The translations under genes were made by a program, and so were the position numbers. A stretch of 64,000 nt of DNA from Candidatus Nomurabacteria bacterium (lineage in GTDB: Bacteria > Patescibacteriota > Saccharimonadia > Saccharimonadales > HK-STAS-PATE-42). The number at the start of each line of letters is the position of its first letter. Positions within the stretch are counted from its first letter, which is position 1. The notes beneath the pieces are model-generated. The model saw nothing but the letters and a program-made list of their open reading frames with translations, ran no database searches and had not been told where the DNA came from. Where the stretch lies: positions 612,368-676,367 of the forward strand of contig CP060233.1 of the NCBI GenBank assembly GCA_023898665.1, given 5' to 3'. Below are positions 9,438 to 18,948 of this stretch, piece after piece.

Positions 9438-10751
9438 ATGAAGAAAATCGTCCTCACATTACTTAGTCTTTTAGTTTCTGCTCTTGTTATAGCCGGAAGC
9501 ACAAGAGCTGAAAGTTATATATCAAATATAACTAGCTATCCATCAGATAATAAAGTTCCAAATATAATTTTTAATAACTTTGTAACTACATCTGAGGGAA
9601 AGATTATCTTCCGCACAGGTAAAACTGAGGGTACGAATAATGAAAATGAATTTAATATAGTCACTTTCGATCCTCTAAATAATCAATATAAGTTAGATCC
9701 AATACCTAGTGTTGGCCCAAATATACAAGATAGAGCTAGCCTCGGGACTACCGCTATAGACTCTGACGATAACATCTGGTTTACTGATACAGAAGTTGCT
9801 GACGTTAATAATTACACTGGAAGTAGCACCAACTACATACATAAAATAACGCCCACAGGTCAAAAATTTGACTACGTCTTACCCAGCCTACAAGCTAATG
9901 GATGTGATGCTGCACTATTTGGACTTGAGTTTATGCCAAATGGGGAGCTTTGGGGTTATGGAGGCGATATAGATGTGTGTAATAGTGCTCCTGGGGGCAT
10001 AATAGTAAGGATAAATCCTGTAAACGGATCCATAATTAATACCTATGAAACTGATCTAGGGTATATAGGCGGTTTGTATCAGATTTCTGATACATTAATT
10101 GGATACTATGGTGTACCCTTCGACAATAATGGCAAATCATTTGGATATCTAAATAAAAGTAGTGGAGTATACACAAGCATTGCTAGTGGAGGTGGAATTT
10201 TAAGTAAACCAGTTCTGGCAAAAGATGGAAACTACTGGGCAACAACATCAAACGATAGTGGTTATCAGTTTATACGTATTAATTCCGATAACTCATTCGA
10301 CAAGTTTGAAGCGCCCACAACTTACTTCAGTAATCTAGCAGTGGGTAAAGATGGAGAAATCTGGTTTTATTCTGTTGATATTCATGACGGATATACAGGG
10401 TCTATAGGAAGGCTTAATCTTGATGGAAGCTATAGAATAACAGAACAAATAGGTAAAAAGTATATTATGTATATGTCATATATAGAAAAAACGAAAGTGA
10501 TTTGGGCGCTCTCTATTGATACAGACACTTTAGTAAATGGAGGTGGAAATAGCACTGGCTTTCCCACTGAGCTTATAAGTCTTGAACTAGCAGACAATAG
10601 TCAAAGTACACAAACAATAACACCTAAGATACCAAGGTCTGGTTTAGTAAATCAAATAATGCTTGCTGTAATCATTCTAATATGTACATTAACTGCTATA
10701 ACCGTATTTACTATTAGAAAAATGAAGATGAGTAAACTGATAGTAAAATAG
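9438..10751 (+). CDS. secreted beta-propeller-repeat surface protein with C-terminal sorting-signal-like anchor
   Basis: 437 aa. Signal peptide MKKIVLTLLSLLVSALVIAGSTRA. Repeated units resemble Vgb/NHL-type propeller blades: DDNIWFTD...IHKITPTG, NGELWGYG...IVRINPVNG, DGNYWATT...FIRINSDNS, DGEIWFYS...IGRLNLDGS. The C-terminus is IPRSG, then a hydrophobic stretch, then RKMKMSK. Confidence 0.6.
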   Translation: MKKIVLTLLSLLVSALVIAGSTRAESYISNITSYPSDNKVPNIIFNNFVTTSEGKIIFRTGKTEGTNNENEFNIVTFDPLNNQYKLDPIPSVGPNIQDRASLGTTAIDSDDNIWFTDTEVADVNNYTGSSTNYIHKITPTGQKFDYVLPSLQANGCDAALFGLEFMPNGELWGYGGDIDVCNSAPGGIIVRINPVNGSIINTYETDLGYIGGLYQISDTLIGYYGVPFDNNGKSFGYLNKSSGVYTSIASGGGILSKPVLAKDGNYWATTSNDSGYQFIRINSDNSFDKFEAPTTYFSNLAVGKDGEIWFYSVDIHDGYTGSIGRLNLDGSYRITEQIGKKYIMYMSYIEKTKVIWALSIDTDTLVNGGGNSTGFPTELISLELADNSQSTQTITPKIPRSGLVNQIMLAVIILICTLTAITVFTIRKMKMSKLIVK

Positions 10752-10769
10752 AGTGCCTATTTACTCCAT

Positions 10770-11564
10770 CTAAGCGCCTAACTCCTCTAGAGCTTTACTG
10801 GCGGCGGCTTGTTGTGCAGTTTGTTTGCTGTGTCCAGTGCCTTGACCATATATTTTACCCTTTATAAACGCACCCAGAGTAAAACTTTTATCATGGTCTG
10901 GACCATATTCATCCAAAACTCTGTATACAGGTGGAACACCAAACTTGGACTGAGCTAGTTCTTGCAGTATAGACTTTGGATCACGCCAACTCTCAGTTTC
11001 TATCATAGTCTGAGTTTTGGTTAGTAAATTATCTGATATAAACTGCTCTGCAGTTCCAAAACCGAATTCAAGATATAGCGCACCAACAAATGCCTCAAAA
11101 GTATTTGCAAGTATTTGTAGACGAGACCTCTCAAGGTTTAATTTTTCTCCTTTACTTAATCTCAGGAGCTTATCCATTTCTAGGGCGTCAGCAACTGCGC
11201 CAATGCTTTCTGTACGGACTAAAGCAGATCTCCAAGCTGTTAGTACTCCTTCTGGCTCATCAGGATATTTTGAGTAGAGATATCTAGTTACTGCCAACTC
11301 TAGCACTGCATCTCCTAAGAACTCTAATCTCTCGTTGTTTTTAAATTTAGATTTCTTATGCTCATTTACATAGCTCCGGTGAGTAAAAGCATTTAGTAAT
11401 AAGCCTAGGTTTGAAAACTCTTTTTTAATAATTTCTTTACAGAAAGTTTGATAATCTGACATATCAACACCTTGGAAGAATATTCCGGAATTTTGATTTG
11501 ATTTCTGAGATTGAACCCCATGAGGTACTTCTTGAGGTTTTGGTTTTAAACTTTGTCGTGGCAT
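10770..11564 (-). CDS. rnc: ribonuclease III
   Basis: 264 aa. Signature NERLEFLGDAVLE and a C-terminal dsRBD (GPDHDKSFT...AQQAAASKALEELG). The internal ATG at 11462 (MSDYQTF...) is an alternative start. Confidence 0.9.
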   Translation of the reverse strand: MPRQSLKPKPQEVPHGVQSQKSNQNSGIFFQGVDMSDYQTFCKEIIKKEFSNLGLLLNAFTHRSYVNEHKKSKFKNNERLEFLGDAVLELAVTRYLYSKYPDEPEGVLTAWRSALVRTESIGAVADALEMDKLLRLSKGEKLNLERSRLQILANTFEAFVGALYLEFGFGTAEQFISDNLLTKTQTMIETESWRDPKSILQELAQSKFGVPPVYRVLDEYGPDHDKSFTLGAFIKGKIYGQGTGHSKQTAQQAAASKALEELGA

Positions 11565-11598
11565 ATTTTTATATCCAGTTTAGCAAATTATTAAATCT

Positions 11599-12225
11599 TT
11601 AAGCAGATATTTTAGCTCCAGGAGTTCTTTCTCTTATTTTTCTTAATCCTACTAACATTAATGTCTCAATTGCCTCATACTGTATTAAGTCGAGCGCGGT
11701 AGAGAACTCAAACCACCCAATACTCTTCATCCATGGATCGACTGTTCTAATTGCAGAGGTATCTCCTCGTGCTTCAATTAAAAAGATGTGCATAGTCATT
11801 AATACTAAAGTATTTTGGCGTCTATACTGGAAAGTGGATTTACCCAAGTGCTCATAAACTTTCATCTCCTGAAGATCAGTCTCTTCTCTAACTTCTCTTT
11901 CTGCAGTTTGGCTAGTAATCTCTCCTGGTTCTACATGGCCTTTAGGTATGGTCCACCTATCCCTTGAGTCTTGAGCGAGTAATATTTCTATAACCCCTGC
12001 TTTATTTATCCTATAAACCACCCCTCCAGCAGTTACCTCTTTAACAGCCTCTTTTATAAGAGGTCTTTTAACAATTCTGCCGAAGCTTTTTAGTGGAGAA
12101 GTCGACTTAAGTTGCTTGTTTTGTCCTTCAGTGCTAAATTTATCTTCTCTTTTGCTAAAAGAATTTTTGCTCTCTTGATTATTGGAGTAGTTTACTCTTT
12201 TATTACTCTTTTGATTTTGAGACAT
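11599..12225 (-). CDS. NUDIX hydrolase with basic low-complexity N-terminus
   Basis: 208 aa. Nudix box GHVEPGEITSQTAEREVREETDL. Confidence 0.8.
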   Translation of the reverse strand: MSQNQKSNKRVNYSNNQESKNSFSKREDKFSTEGQNKQLKSTSPLKSFGRIVKRPLIKEAVKEVTAGGVVYRINKAGVIEILLAQDSRDRWTIPKGHVEPGEITSQTAEREVREETDLQEMKVYEHLGKSTFQYRRQNTLVLMTMHIFLIEARGDTSAIRTVDPWMKSIGWFEFSTALDLIQYEAIETLMLVGLRKIRERTPGAKISA

Positions 12226-12246
12226 TTTTATTATTGGTTATTTATA

Positions 12247-12714
12247 TTACTTAGTTTTAACGTTTTTTGTTTTGGTTTTCTGATCTTGAGATATACTTTT
12301 GTAAACACTACCGAGTACACCATTGATAAATTTAGCAGCGTTATCCCCACCAAACTGTTTAGCCAGCTCCACGGCTTCGTCAATGGCAACTTTATAGGGG
12401 ACGTCTTGATATGGGAACTTTAGTTCATATACTGCAAGACGAATGATAGACACTTCTACCATAGGTATTTGATCAAGAGGCCAGTTTGTCGCGAATGGTA
12501 GCCAAAGATTATCCAGCTCTTCTTGTTTATTTACTACACCGATTATTACATTACTAACAAACTCAGTGTCTTGAATGTTTTCTCTATGGACAGAAAGGGC
12601 TCTAGCAGATATATCTTCAATGGCAAGGTTAGGATCTTTAAGACTACTCCGAACAAAGTACTCGTAAAGAGCCTGCATTGCTACTATTCTGCCAAGGTGC
12701 CGGTTTGCCGCCAT
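12247..12714 (-). CDS. nusB: transcription antitermination factor NusB
   Basis: 155 aa. RIVAMQALYEY and AVELAKQFGGDNAAKFINGVLG match the NusB pattern. Confidence 0.85.
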   Translation of the reverse strand: MAANRHLGRIVAMQALYEYFVRSSLKDPNLAIEDISARALSVHRENIQDTEFVSNVIIGVVNKQEELDNLWLPFATNWPLDQIPMVEVSIIRLAVYELKFPYQDVPYKVAIDEAVELAKQFGGDNAAKFINGVLGSVYKSISQDQKTKTKNVKTK

Positions 12715-12764
12715 AACTAGCTTAATTCTAACCTAATGTCAGGTGAAATTGAAGTGATTTATAT

Positions 12765-12941
12765 TTACTTTTTTGCTCGGACTTGAGAAGTGACTTTTTT
12801 ACCGCTCTCTTTTTTTGTGGTAAAAGCTTTTACCGGACTCTTGCTATTAACAGCTCTAGCTAGTGTTAACCTTAAATGAGACCTTCTAAGGCCAGTTTTT
12901 CTGTGTGAGGTTCGCCTCTTAGGGACTGTATTTTTTGCCAT
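12765..12941 (-). CDS. rpmF: 50S ribosomal protein L32
   Basis: Not in the ORF track because it is only 58 aa. My translation is MAKNTVPKRRTSHRKTGLRRSHLRLTLARAVNSKSPVKAFTTKKESGKKVTSQVRAKK. The VPKRRTS..R..RRSH motif is the L32 signature. Confidence 0.85.
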   Translation of the reverse strand: MAKNTVPKRRTSHRKTGLRRSHLRLTLARAVNSKSPVKAFTTKKESGKKVTSQVRAKK

Positions 12942-13017
12942 TTTCTATTTAATCTTATTAAGTGTAGTATTGTTCAGTGTTACGATTTAATATTGTAGCT
13001 TAACAGAGCTAAAAAGT

Positions 13018-13914
13018 CTACTCTCTTTCAGTAATACGATGTTTAAGCTTAGTCTTTTTAACTCCAAAAATCGATGTACCTATTGCAGTAATACTAGCAG
13101 CGATTATTATACCTACGGTTAAGACTGACCCTGTTTTTGGTGGCTTAACCGTTGATATGCCAATCCCTTCTGGAGAACAATTTGCATCGTCATAAGTCAC
13201 CTCTAAATAAGCGTAGTCCAAAAGACCTGTGACCACTTCTGGTTCAGTTTCTCCCATGCTTATTGCAATTTTTGTCAATGGGTTAGATAGCTGTGATTGT
13301 GATGGAATTATCTGGACAGGAGAGCTGCTTTCTGTCAACTCATTACTGAGTAATCCAGAGAAACTTGCTCCTTCGATATTTAATGCTGCTGGATTTACCA
13401 ACCCACCAAAAGCGTTGGAATCTAAAGAAGCCTGAGACGAATCCTCACTCATCTTAATATCAAAGCTCGGGTAACCTTGGTAATCTTCGGTGGTGACTAA
13501 TATAGCAGCGGAAGTTGGCTGTGTTTGTTCGATATCAGACTTCCATATAGCATGCACTACTACTTGTTCGATTTGCGAACCCAAACAAATCACATCTTTT
13601 TGATAATCTAACATTACAATAGAGTTTGTGCCGGGTGATCCTATTGGACCGGATATTGAAGGATCAAGTAAAGCAAACTGTCCGTCCTCAGAAAGAGAGT
13701 TTGCTAAATCTGTGCCACCATTACTATAAATTGAGCTTGGCGCTGAAGAACCAAAAGGGTAGATCTTGACTACACCAAGTTCGGCTTTTGTTGGTTTTAG
13801 AATAACTGTCTGCTGTGTCGCATATGTATTTTTAGGATTACTTAAGAAGCCTAGGCTAAATATTAAACTAAAAAGTACTAGCGAAATGTGTGTCAAAATT
13901 TTCTTCATTTGCAC
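13018..13914 (-). CDS. secreted surface protein with LPXTG-like (PPKTG) sorting signal
   Basis: 298 aa. N-terminal signal or anchor. The C-terminus is VKPPKTG, then the hydrophobic SVLTVGIIIAASITAIGTSIFGV, then the basic tail KKTKLKHR. Confidence 0.55.
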   Translation of the reverse strand: MQMKKILTHISLVLFSLIFSLGFLSNPKNTYATQQTVILKPTKAELGVVKIYPFGSSAPSSIYSNGGTDLANSLSEDGQFALLDPSISGPIGSPGTNSIVMLDYQKDVICLGSQIEQVVVHAIWKSDIEQTQPTSAAILVTTEDYQGYPSFDIKMSEDSSQASLDSNAFGGLVNPAALNIEGASFSGLLSNELTESSSPVQIIPSQSQLSNPLTKIAISMGETEPEVVTGLLDYAYLEVTYDDANCSPEGIGISTVKPPKTGSVLTVGIIIAASITAIGTSIFGVKKTKLKHRITERE

Positions 13915-13936
13915 TTTAAGCTTACCATAATTAGGC

Positions 13937-15382
13937 TTATTCTCTTCTCACTATCTTTTTATTTAATAATCTTATTAGGACACCAATTAATAGATAGCAA
14001 ACTACCATACCAAGTTGACTAAACTTAAGTTGTATAGAAGCCCAAGAGAGGGAAGACAATCTTTCAATCACTATGATTATTGGCGTTAAAATAACTTTAG
14101 GCAGTAGAGCTATAAATCTTAGCTGCTCAAAATCATACATACCGATAACTCCTACAATTAAAACTAAGAGCATAATGAAAGGAATCCATGACACAACTAG
14201 TATGTTGGCTAAAATGGATATTACTGAAAACGTACCAAATACATGTGCGATGAGCGGTGCCGTCATTATTTGGGCGCATACAGACTCTATAATCATTGAG
14301 ATGATTAATCCTGGTCTTTTATCTTTGTTTCTATATATTTGATCTGTTATTGCGGGAGCTAATATTAAGACTCCGAAAAATGCTAAAAAGCTAAGCCACC
14401 AACCAATGTCCTCTAAAAGATAGGTGGGATTAAAGATAGATGTAATTGCTGCGGATATTAAGATTAAGTTTAGTGGTGATATTTTTCTTCCCACAAAGCT
14501 ACATGAAATTGAGATTATACATACTACTGCTGCTCGAACTACACTTGGAGAGAAACCAGTAATTAACAAAAAAGTAAATATTAAGCTTAAAGATATAAGC
14601 GCTCTTTGATACTTAGAAAGTTTTTTACCCAATTTACTTACGGCTAAGACTAAAATTGTTAAGTTATAACCACTAACGGCAATAATATGTGTTAAGCCTA
14701 CTCTCGATAATTGATCTTGAAAGTCTTTGGTAATTGAAGATCTAACTCCTGCAAGAAAACCAATGCCCAGTGAAGCGTGAGGCTCAGGTAGGGACGAATA
14801 GACTGATGCAAAAAATTTTAACCTTACTTTTTCTAAAGTAGATGGACTTGAGTCTAAGACTTCAATATTTGCATACGAGATTGAACCTGTTCTAGATCCT
14901 AATGCTGGCTTAAGCTTGCCTTCAACAAATATACTATCCCCCCTGTAAACTGCGATATTTTGCTTAGTTCTAATTCTGATTCTGCCAGGTAAGTATTGTT
15001 GGTCTTCTATAAACTTTACTTTGGTAATATTAAATTCATAATCACCGTACTGGTTATAAGCTGCATCATCTTGAACGATGGCAATGAGACTTAACTGTCT
15101 CCCAAATAACTGATCATAAGTTTTTAAACTATTTTGAAAGTTTGATGAGCTGATAAATATTAAACCGGTACATATTAGTAGGGTTAATAGTCTGCCTGAT
15201 TTATGTTTCGATTTATAGATTAAGAATGCTCCAGTAAATAAAGTTACAGTCCAAACTTTAGATATTTGTATTGTAAAGTTAAAAGTAAATATCTTACCTA
15301 AATAAATTGACAATAAAACAACTAAGCTTAAAAGGGTAATAAAGTGAGACTGGCGATTAAAAGGCTGTGGCTTGGTAAGCAT
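13937..15382 (-). CDS. comEC: DNA internalisation channel protein ComEC/Rec2 (no metallo-beta-lactamase domain)
   Basis: 481 aa with many TM segments. Competence-domain motif GLTHIIAVSGYNLTIL and an OB/DUF4131-like N-terminal part. The protein ends straight after the membrane domain. Confidence 0.8.
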   Translation of the reverse strand: MLTKPQPFNRQSHFITLLSLVVLLSIYLGKIFTFNFTIQISKVWTVTLFTGAFLIYKSKHKSGRLLTLLICTGLIFISSSNFQNSLKTYDQLFGRQLSLIAIVQDDAAYNQYGDYEFNITKVKFIEDQQYLPGRIRIRTKQNIAVYRGDSIFVEGKLKPALGSRTGSISYANIEVLDSSPSTLEKVRLKFFASVYSSLPEPHASLGIGFLAGVRSSITKDFQDQLSRVGLTHIIAVSGYNLTILVLAVSKLGKKLSKYQRALISLSLIFTFLLITGFSPSVVRAAVVCIISISCSFVGRKISPLNLILISAAITSIFNPTYLLEDIGWWLSFLAFFGVLILAPAITDQIYRNKDKRPGLIISMIIESVCAQIMTAPLIAHVFGTFSVISILANILVVSWIPFIMLLVLIVGVIGMYDFEQLRFIALLPKVILTPIIIVIERLSSLSWASIQLKFSQLGMVVCYLLIGVLIRLLNKKIVRRE

Positions 15383-15481
15383 AGGAATTTTCTGAGTTTT
15401 AGAAGAAAGGAAAAAGTGAGAGAAGAGGTGAACTTACTTTATCTAGTTTAGACTATAGAAATGCTAGAATAAAGATCAAAT

Positions 15482-16099
15482 ATGAGCAAAAAGCAAACTA
15501 AATTAGAAAAAGACTTTAGTTTTGAGCTTTCTAACTGGTTAAAGTCCGATAATACAAAATCACTACTAGAGCTTGACACTTTTTTTGGTGATAAGACTTT
15601 TGCAATTTTATTTATGTTTATGATGGCGGCAAGTGCTCTGCCGATACCAACAGGGGGTGTAACTGATGTCTTTGCGATCATTACTGTATTGTTTTCTGCT
15701 CAGCTTATTTTGGGGAGAAAAAACTTGTGGCTACCTAAGCGCTGGAGAAAGATGAAGTTAAACAAATTGTTTTTGAATAAACTTTTGCCTGGATTAGTAA
15801 AATTAATAAGATGGTTAGAAAAATATTCAAACCCAAGGCTTAGTTGGGTTTTTAAAGGAAGATTATCAGATATACTACTAGGATTATCTGTAGCTGTACT
15901 GGCAATTGCTACAATTGCAGCGCCTCCTTTTTCTGGGCTTGACACAATTCCGGCACTTGGAGTGGTAATAATATCAGCAGGCATAGTCTTAAAGGATGGA
16001 CTAATGACATTAATAGGCTGGACAATTGGTGCAAGTGGGATCTTGATTCAGCTGTTGTTAGGTAAGGCTGCTGTTGAGCTCTTTCAAAGAGTTTTTTGA
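15482..16099 (+). CDS. ExoD-family membrane protein
   Basis: 205 aa. ALPIPTGGVTDVF, LWLPKRWRKMKL and PPFSGLDTIPALGVVIISAGIVLKDG match my memory of the ExoD family layout. Confidence 0.6.
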   Translation: MSKKQTKLEKDFSFELSNWLKSDNTKSLLELDTFFGDKTFAILFMFMMAASALPIPTGGVTDVFAIITVLFSAQLILGRKNLWLPKRWRKMKLNKLFLNKLLPGLVKLIRWLEKYSNPRLSWVFKGRLSDILLGLSVAVLAIATIAAPPFSGLDTIPALGVVIISAGIVLKDGLMTLIGWTIGASGILIQLLLGKAAVELFQRVF

Positions 16100-16241
16100 T
16101 TAAAACATACAAAGTTGTGCATAACACAACTATTTTAATTACGTTAGTGCTTTTACCAATACACGTGAGAAGAATATAATTCAGAGAAAGATAGAATATC
16201 TAAATAAAAACTAACAATTTAATTAAATATGGGGGCTTATT

Positions 16242-16622
16242 ATGGGCAGAAAGAAAACAATTACAAAACTAAGTGAAAGCTATGCTTTAAATGCATTTGT
16301 TGAGGCACCTATTTTTGATTGGAAACTTTCTAGGATTAGCTATTGGGCCAATATCATTACTCTTTCTGCTTTTACAACTTACTTTTTAGGAAGTTTGCAC
16401 ATGATAGATAAACTTTTTACCTTTATTATTAGTGGAAAAATAATGGGCACAAATTATGAGCTAACTTTTACTAATGTTTGCTGGATTAGTGCTGGGATAA
16501 TAAGTAGTCTACTTGCATGGTCAATTTATAGCTATCTTAAAGTTGCTAAAAACAGAAACAAGATCAAACTCCGTATACAAGAGGCCCAACCCTTTACCCT
16601 CAATGTAAGAATAAACGCCTAG
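16242..16622 (+). CDS. hypothetical small membrane protein
   Basis: 126 aa ORF with 2-3 hydrophobic segments and no recognisable motif. Confidence 0.35.
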   Translation: MGRKKTITKLSESYALNAFVEAPIFDWKLSRISYWANIITLSAFTTYFLGSLHMIDKLFTFIISGKIMGTNYELTFTNVCWISAGIISSLLAWSIYSYLKVAKNRNKIKLRIQEAQPFTLNVRINA

Positions 16623-16626
16623 TTTA

Positions 16627-18267
16627 CTAACTACTCATTGGGAGACGTTTACGCCAGTGGGCTGACTCAAACTCATGACGCATCATTAATACTAGATCTT
16701 CTTTAGTAGTACCAAATTTGACTCCTGGATTTAATATATTATATGGGTCAAAGATCTGTTTAACCCTGGCAAAAGCCTCATATATACTTGCTGGATACAT
16801 TGTCTTCATATATGGAGCGCGCAAACGTCCGTCATTATGCTCTCCAGATATTGTTCCGCCTAGATCTAAAACTAATCCATAGTATGCATCCATAATTTTA
16901 AATGCTTTTTGGCGATCGCCTAAAATGCTTAGGTTTAGCATGGGTTGAAGATGTATATTTGCATCGCCAGCATGACCCCATACAGCCACATCGAGATTAT
17001 ATTTACTAAATAATGAATAGGTCCCAGAAATAAGTTTAGTGAAATTTCCTGGTGGGACACATCCATCTTCAATAATTGGCACTGCAGCTTTACCACTATG
17101 TACTTCTCCCATAATTATCGCAGCAGAGTTTCTAACTTGCCAGATTTTTTCACGGTCATCAGGATCATTAGTTTCTGCAAGAATGGTTGCTTCAACATCC
17201 TCTGCAAAAGCTTTAAATCTTTTTACTTTTTTTGCTTGATCTTTTTCTTTTTGGTCATCGAACTCGACTATCAAGATAAAATTCGGATATGGCTCTTCTA
17301 GTAATCCATTTAATTGATTCGGCTGTAATTTGTGAACTTGATTAAGCAAATTCTTATCAACTATCTCAAGCGCTGAAGGTGTTAAGCTTAATGTATTTAA
17401 GTTTAACTCAGATAAATCCTCTAACCTGGTTAACCCGACCATAATCATAGACGAATTTGTATTATGTAAGCTTGCCTGGAGCTGAGCAGCCGTTACGACA
17501 CCTAGCGTTCCTTGTGAGCCGACAATAAGTGGAGTTAGATCAAAAGATCCATCTTTACCAACAACTTGAGAAAGAGCATATCCAGAGGAGTTTTTTGTCG
17601 TTCCTAGTTCAGATTGCTCTAAAAAATCACCAACTTCGTGGATTAAATCATCGACTTGTCTATATATTTCACCCTCAAAAGTATGCAATGACTTCTTTTT
17701 TGCAAGTTCTTTTTTGCTTAAGCGGGTCGTATAAATTGTATCTCCGTTTGAAAGAACAACATCTAATGCTTTAGTCATTTGACGGGTATCACCATATTTA
17801 ACAGTTCTTACTCCTGAGGCATTATTGGCTACTGCTCCTCCGATTGTTGAGTAATCTATACTACTTGGATATGGAGGTAAAAATAATCCGTGGCTATTTA
17901 ATGTAGTCTGTAATGATCTGTAATTAATGCCTGGCTGGACTGTGACTAAGCCTGTCTTTGCATCTAAACTTAAGAGTTTGTTTATGTGTGCAGGGAGGGT
18001 TAAGATAATTCCATCTCCTAAAGCGCCACCAGCCTGATCAGTACCAGAACCACGGGCAGTAATTGGTAAAATAGTCCCTTTTTCGGCAAGACGCCAACAG
18101 AATCTTAGGACTTTCCTTACATCTTGCGCATTTTTTGGATAAACGGCTAATCTTGGGGCAACTGTTAGTACACTTCCATCGGTAGAAAAGAAATCAAGGG
18201 TTCGACTATCTGAGGAGACCTCGCCCGAAACATGTTCTCGGAGGTATTCTGCGATCTTATTACTCAT
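16627..18267 (-). CDS. FAD-linked oxidase (GlcD / D-lactate dehydrogenase family)
   Basis: FAD-binding region ARGSGTDQAGGALG and C-terminal HAGDANIHLQP ... GGTISGEHNDGRLR. I place the start at ATG 18267 (MSNKIAEYL), because the track's TTG at 18303 is the TTGACA of a promoter-like element. Confidence 0.85.
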   Translation of the reverse strand: MSNKIAEYLREHVSGEVSSDSRTLDFFSTDGSVLTVAPRLAVYPKNAQDVRKVLRFCWRLAEKGTILPITARGSGTDQAGGALGDGIILTLPAHINKLLSLDAKTGLVTVQPGINYRSLQTTLNSHGLFLPPYPSSIDYSTIGGAVANNASGVRTVKYGDTRQMTKALDVVLSNGDTIYTTRLSKKELAKKKSLHTFEGEIYRQVDDLIHEVGDFLEQSELGTTKNSSGYALSQVVGKDGSFDLTPLIVGSQGTLGVVTAAQLQASLHNTNSSMIMVGLTRLEDLSELNLNTLSLTPSALEIVDKNLLNQVHKLQPNQLNGLLEEPYPNFILIVEFDDQKEKDQAKKVKRFKAFAEDVEATILAETNDPDDREKIWQVRNSAAIIMGEVHSGKAAVPIIEDGCVPPGNFTKLISGTYSLFSKYNLDVAVWGHAGDANIHLQPMLNLSILGDRQKAFKIMDAYYGLVLDLGGTISGEHNDGRLRAPYMKTMYPASIYEAFARVKQIFDPYNILNPGVKFGTTKEDLVLMMRHEFESAHWRKRLPMSS

Positions 18268-18276
18268 ATAAAAGTT

Positions 18277-18303
18277 AGTATAGCACAAGAAAACTGATGT
18301 CAA
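18277..18303 (-). promoter_or_regulatory. sigma70-like promoter upstream of the FAD-linked oxidase
   Basis: The minus strand reads TTGACA-15 nt-TATACT with a TG one base upstream of the -10 (extended -10). The ATG lies about 10 nt after the -10, so the leader would be very short. Confidence 0.4.
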
Positions 18304-18392
18304 TTTTAACCAAAGATAGTTGTTTTTTTAAGAGTTTTATGCTATTATTGTAAGTATACGAAATATTAGTGATTTAGCAATGGTGGTAAAAA

Positions 18393-18917
18393 ATGAAGGC
18401 TACAAAAAATAAATCAGAAATGGGTGAGGAATTAGAACAACACTCCGAGGGCTGGTTTTCAAGGAACAAAAAGAGGGTTGCTGGTGCTCTAGTCACTGGT
18501 AGTGTGGCAATGGGTATACCTCACGTAGTTGATAATTGGGATGAGTTATGGACAAGAGGCGTAGGCTATGGCATCGCATATACTGTTTTTGGATCACTTT
18601 ACTTAGCTGGTGGGGCAGTTAAGAGCGCGGGCATGGCAAAAAGAGGCGTTTCTAGGGCAGCTAATAAGAATCAGGACGAGATTAATAAGCCATATGATTC
18701 AGAGAACGCCGGGCTTATTGTTAATGGCATAGGAGCAGTAGGAATGGGGGCTACCGCTTTGGGGGCTACAGTTGCTTTACTGCCTGCTAAATCTTGGCCT
18801 CTCCCTGTAGCGGCTGCCGCCATTGACATAGTTGCTTCAGTATGGTCGAGAGCGACCTTAATTGAGTCAAAACCCGACTCACAGGAAAAGGGTAAAAATA
18901 GTCAAATTGATGTATAA
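18393..18917 (+). CDS. hypothetical Gly/Ala-rich membrane protein
   Basis: 174 aa with several Gly/Ala-rich hydrophobic segments. It is visibly more GC-rich than its surroundings (one sampled line about 52 %). Confidence 0.4.
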   Translation: MKATKNKSEMGEELEQHSEGWFSRNKKRVAGALVTGSVAMGIPHVVDNWDELWTRGVGYGIAYTVFGSLYLAGGAVKSAGMAKRGVSRAANKNQDEINKPYDSENAGLIVNGIGAVGMGATALGATVALLPAKSWPLPVAAAAIDIVASVWSRATLIESKPDSQEKGKNSQIDV

Positions 18918-18948
18918 TTACAGATATAGATAACTAGCTTAAGCTAAT

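Noticed and set aside
15448-16127. Minus-strand ORFs 15448..15681, 15700..15984 and 15909..16127
   Set aside because: They overlap the ExoD-family gene on the opposite strand, which has the recognisable family layout.
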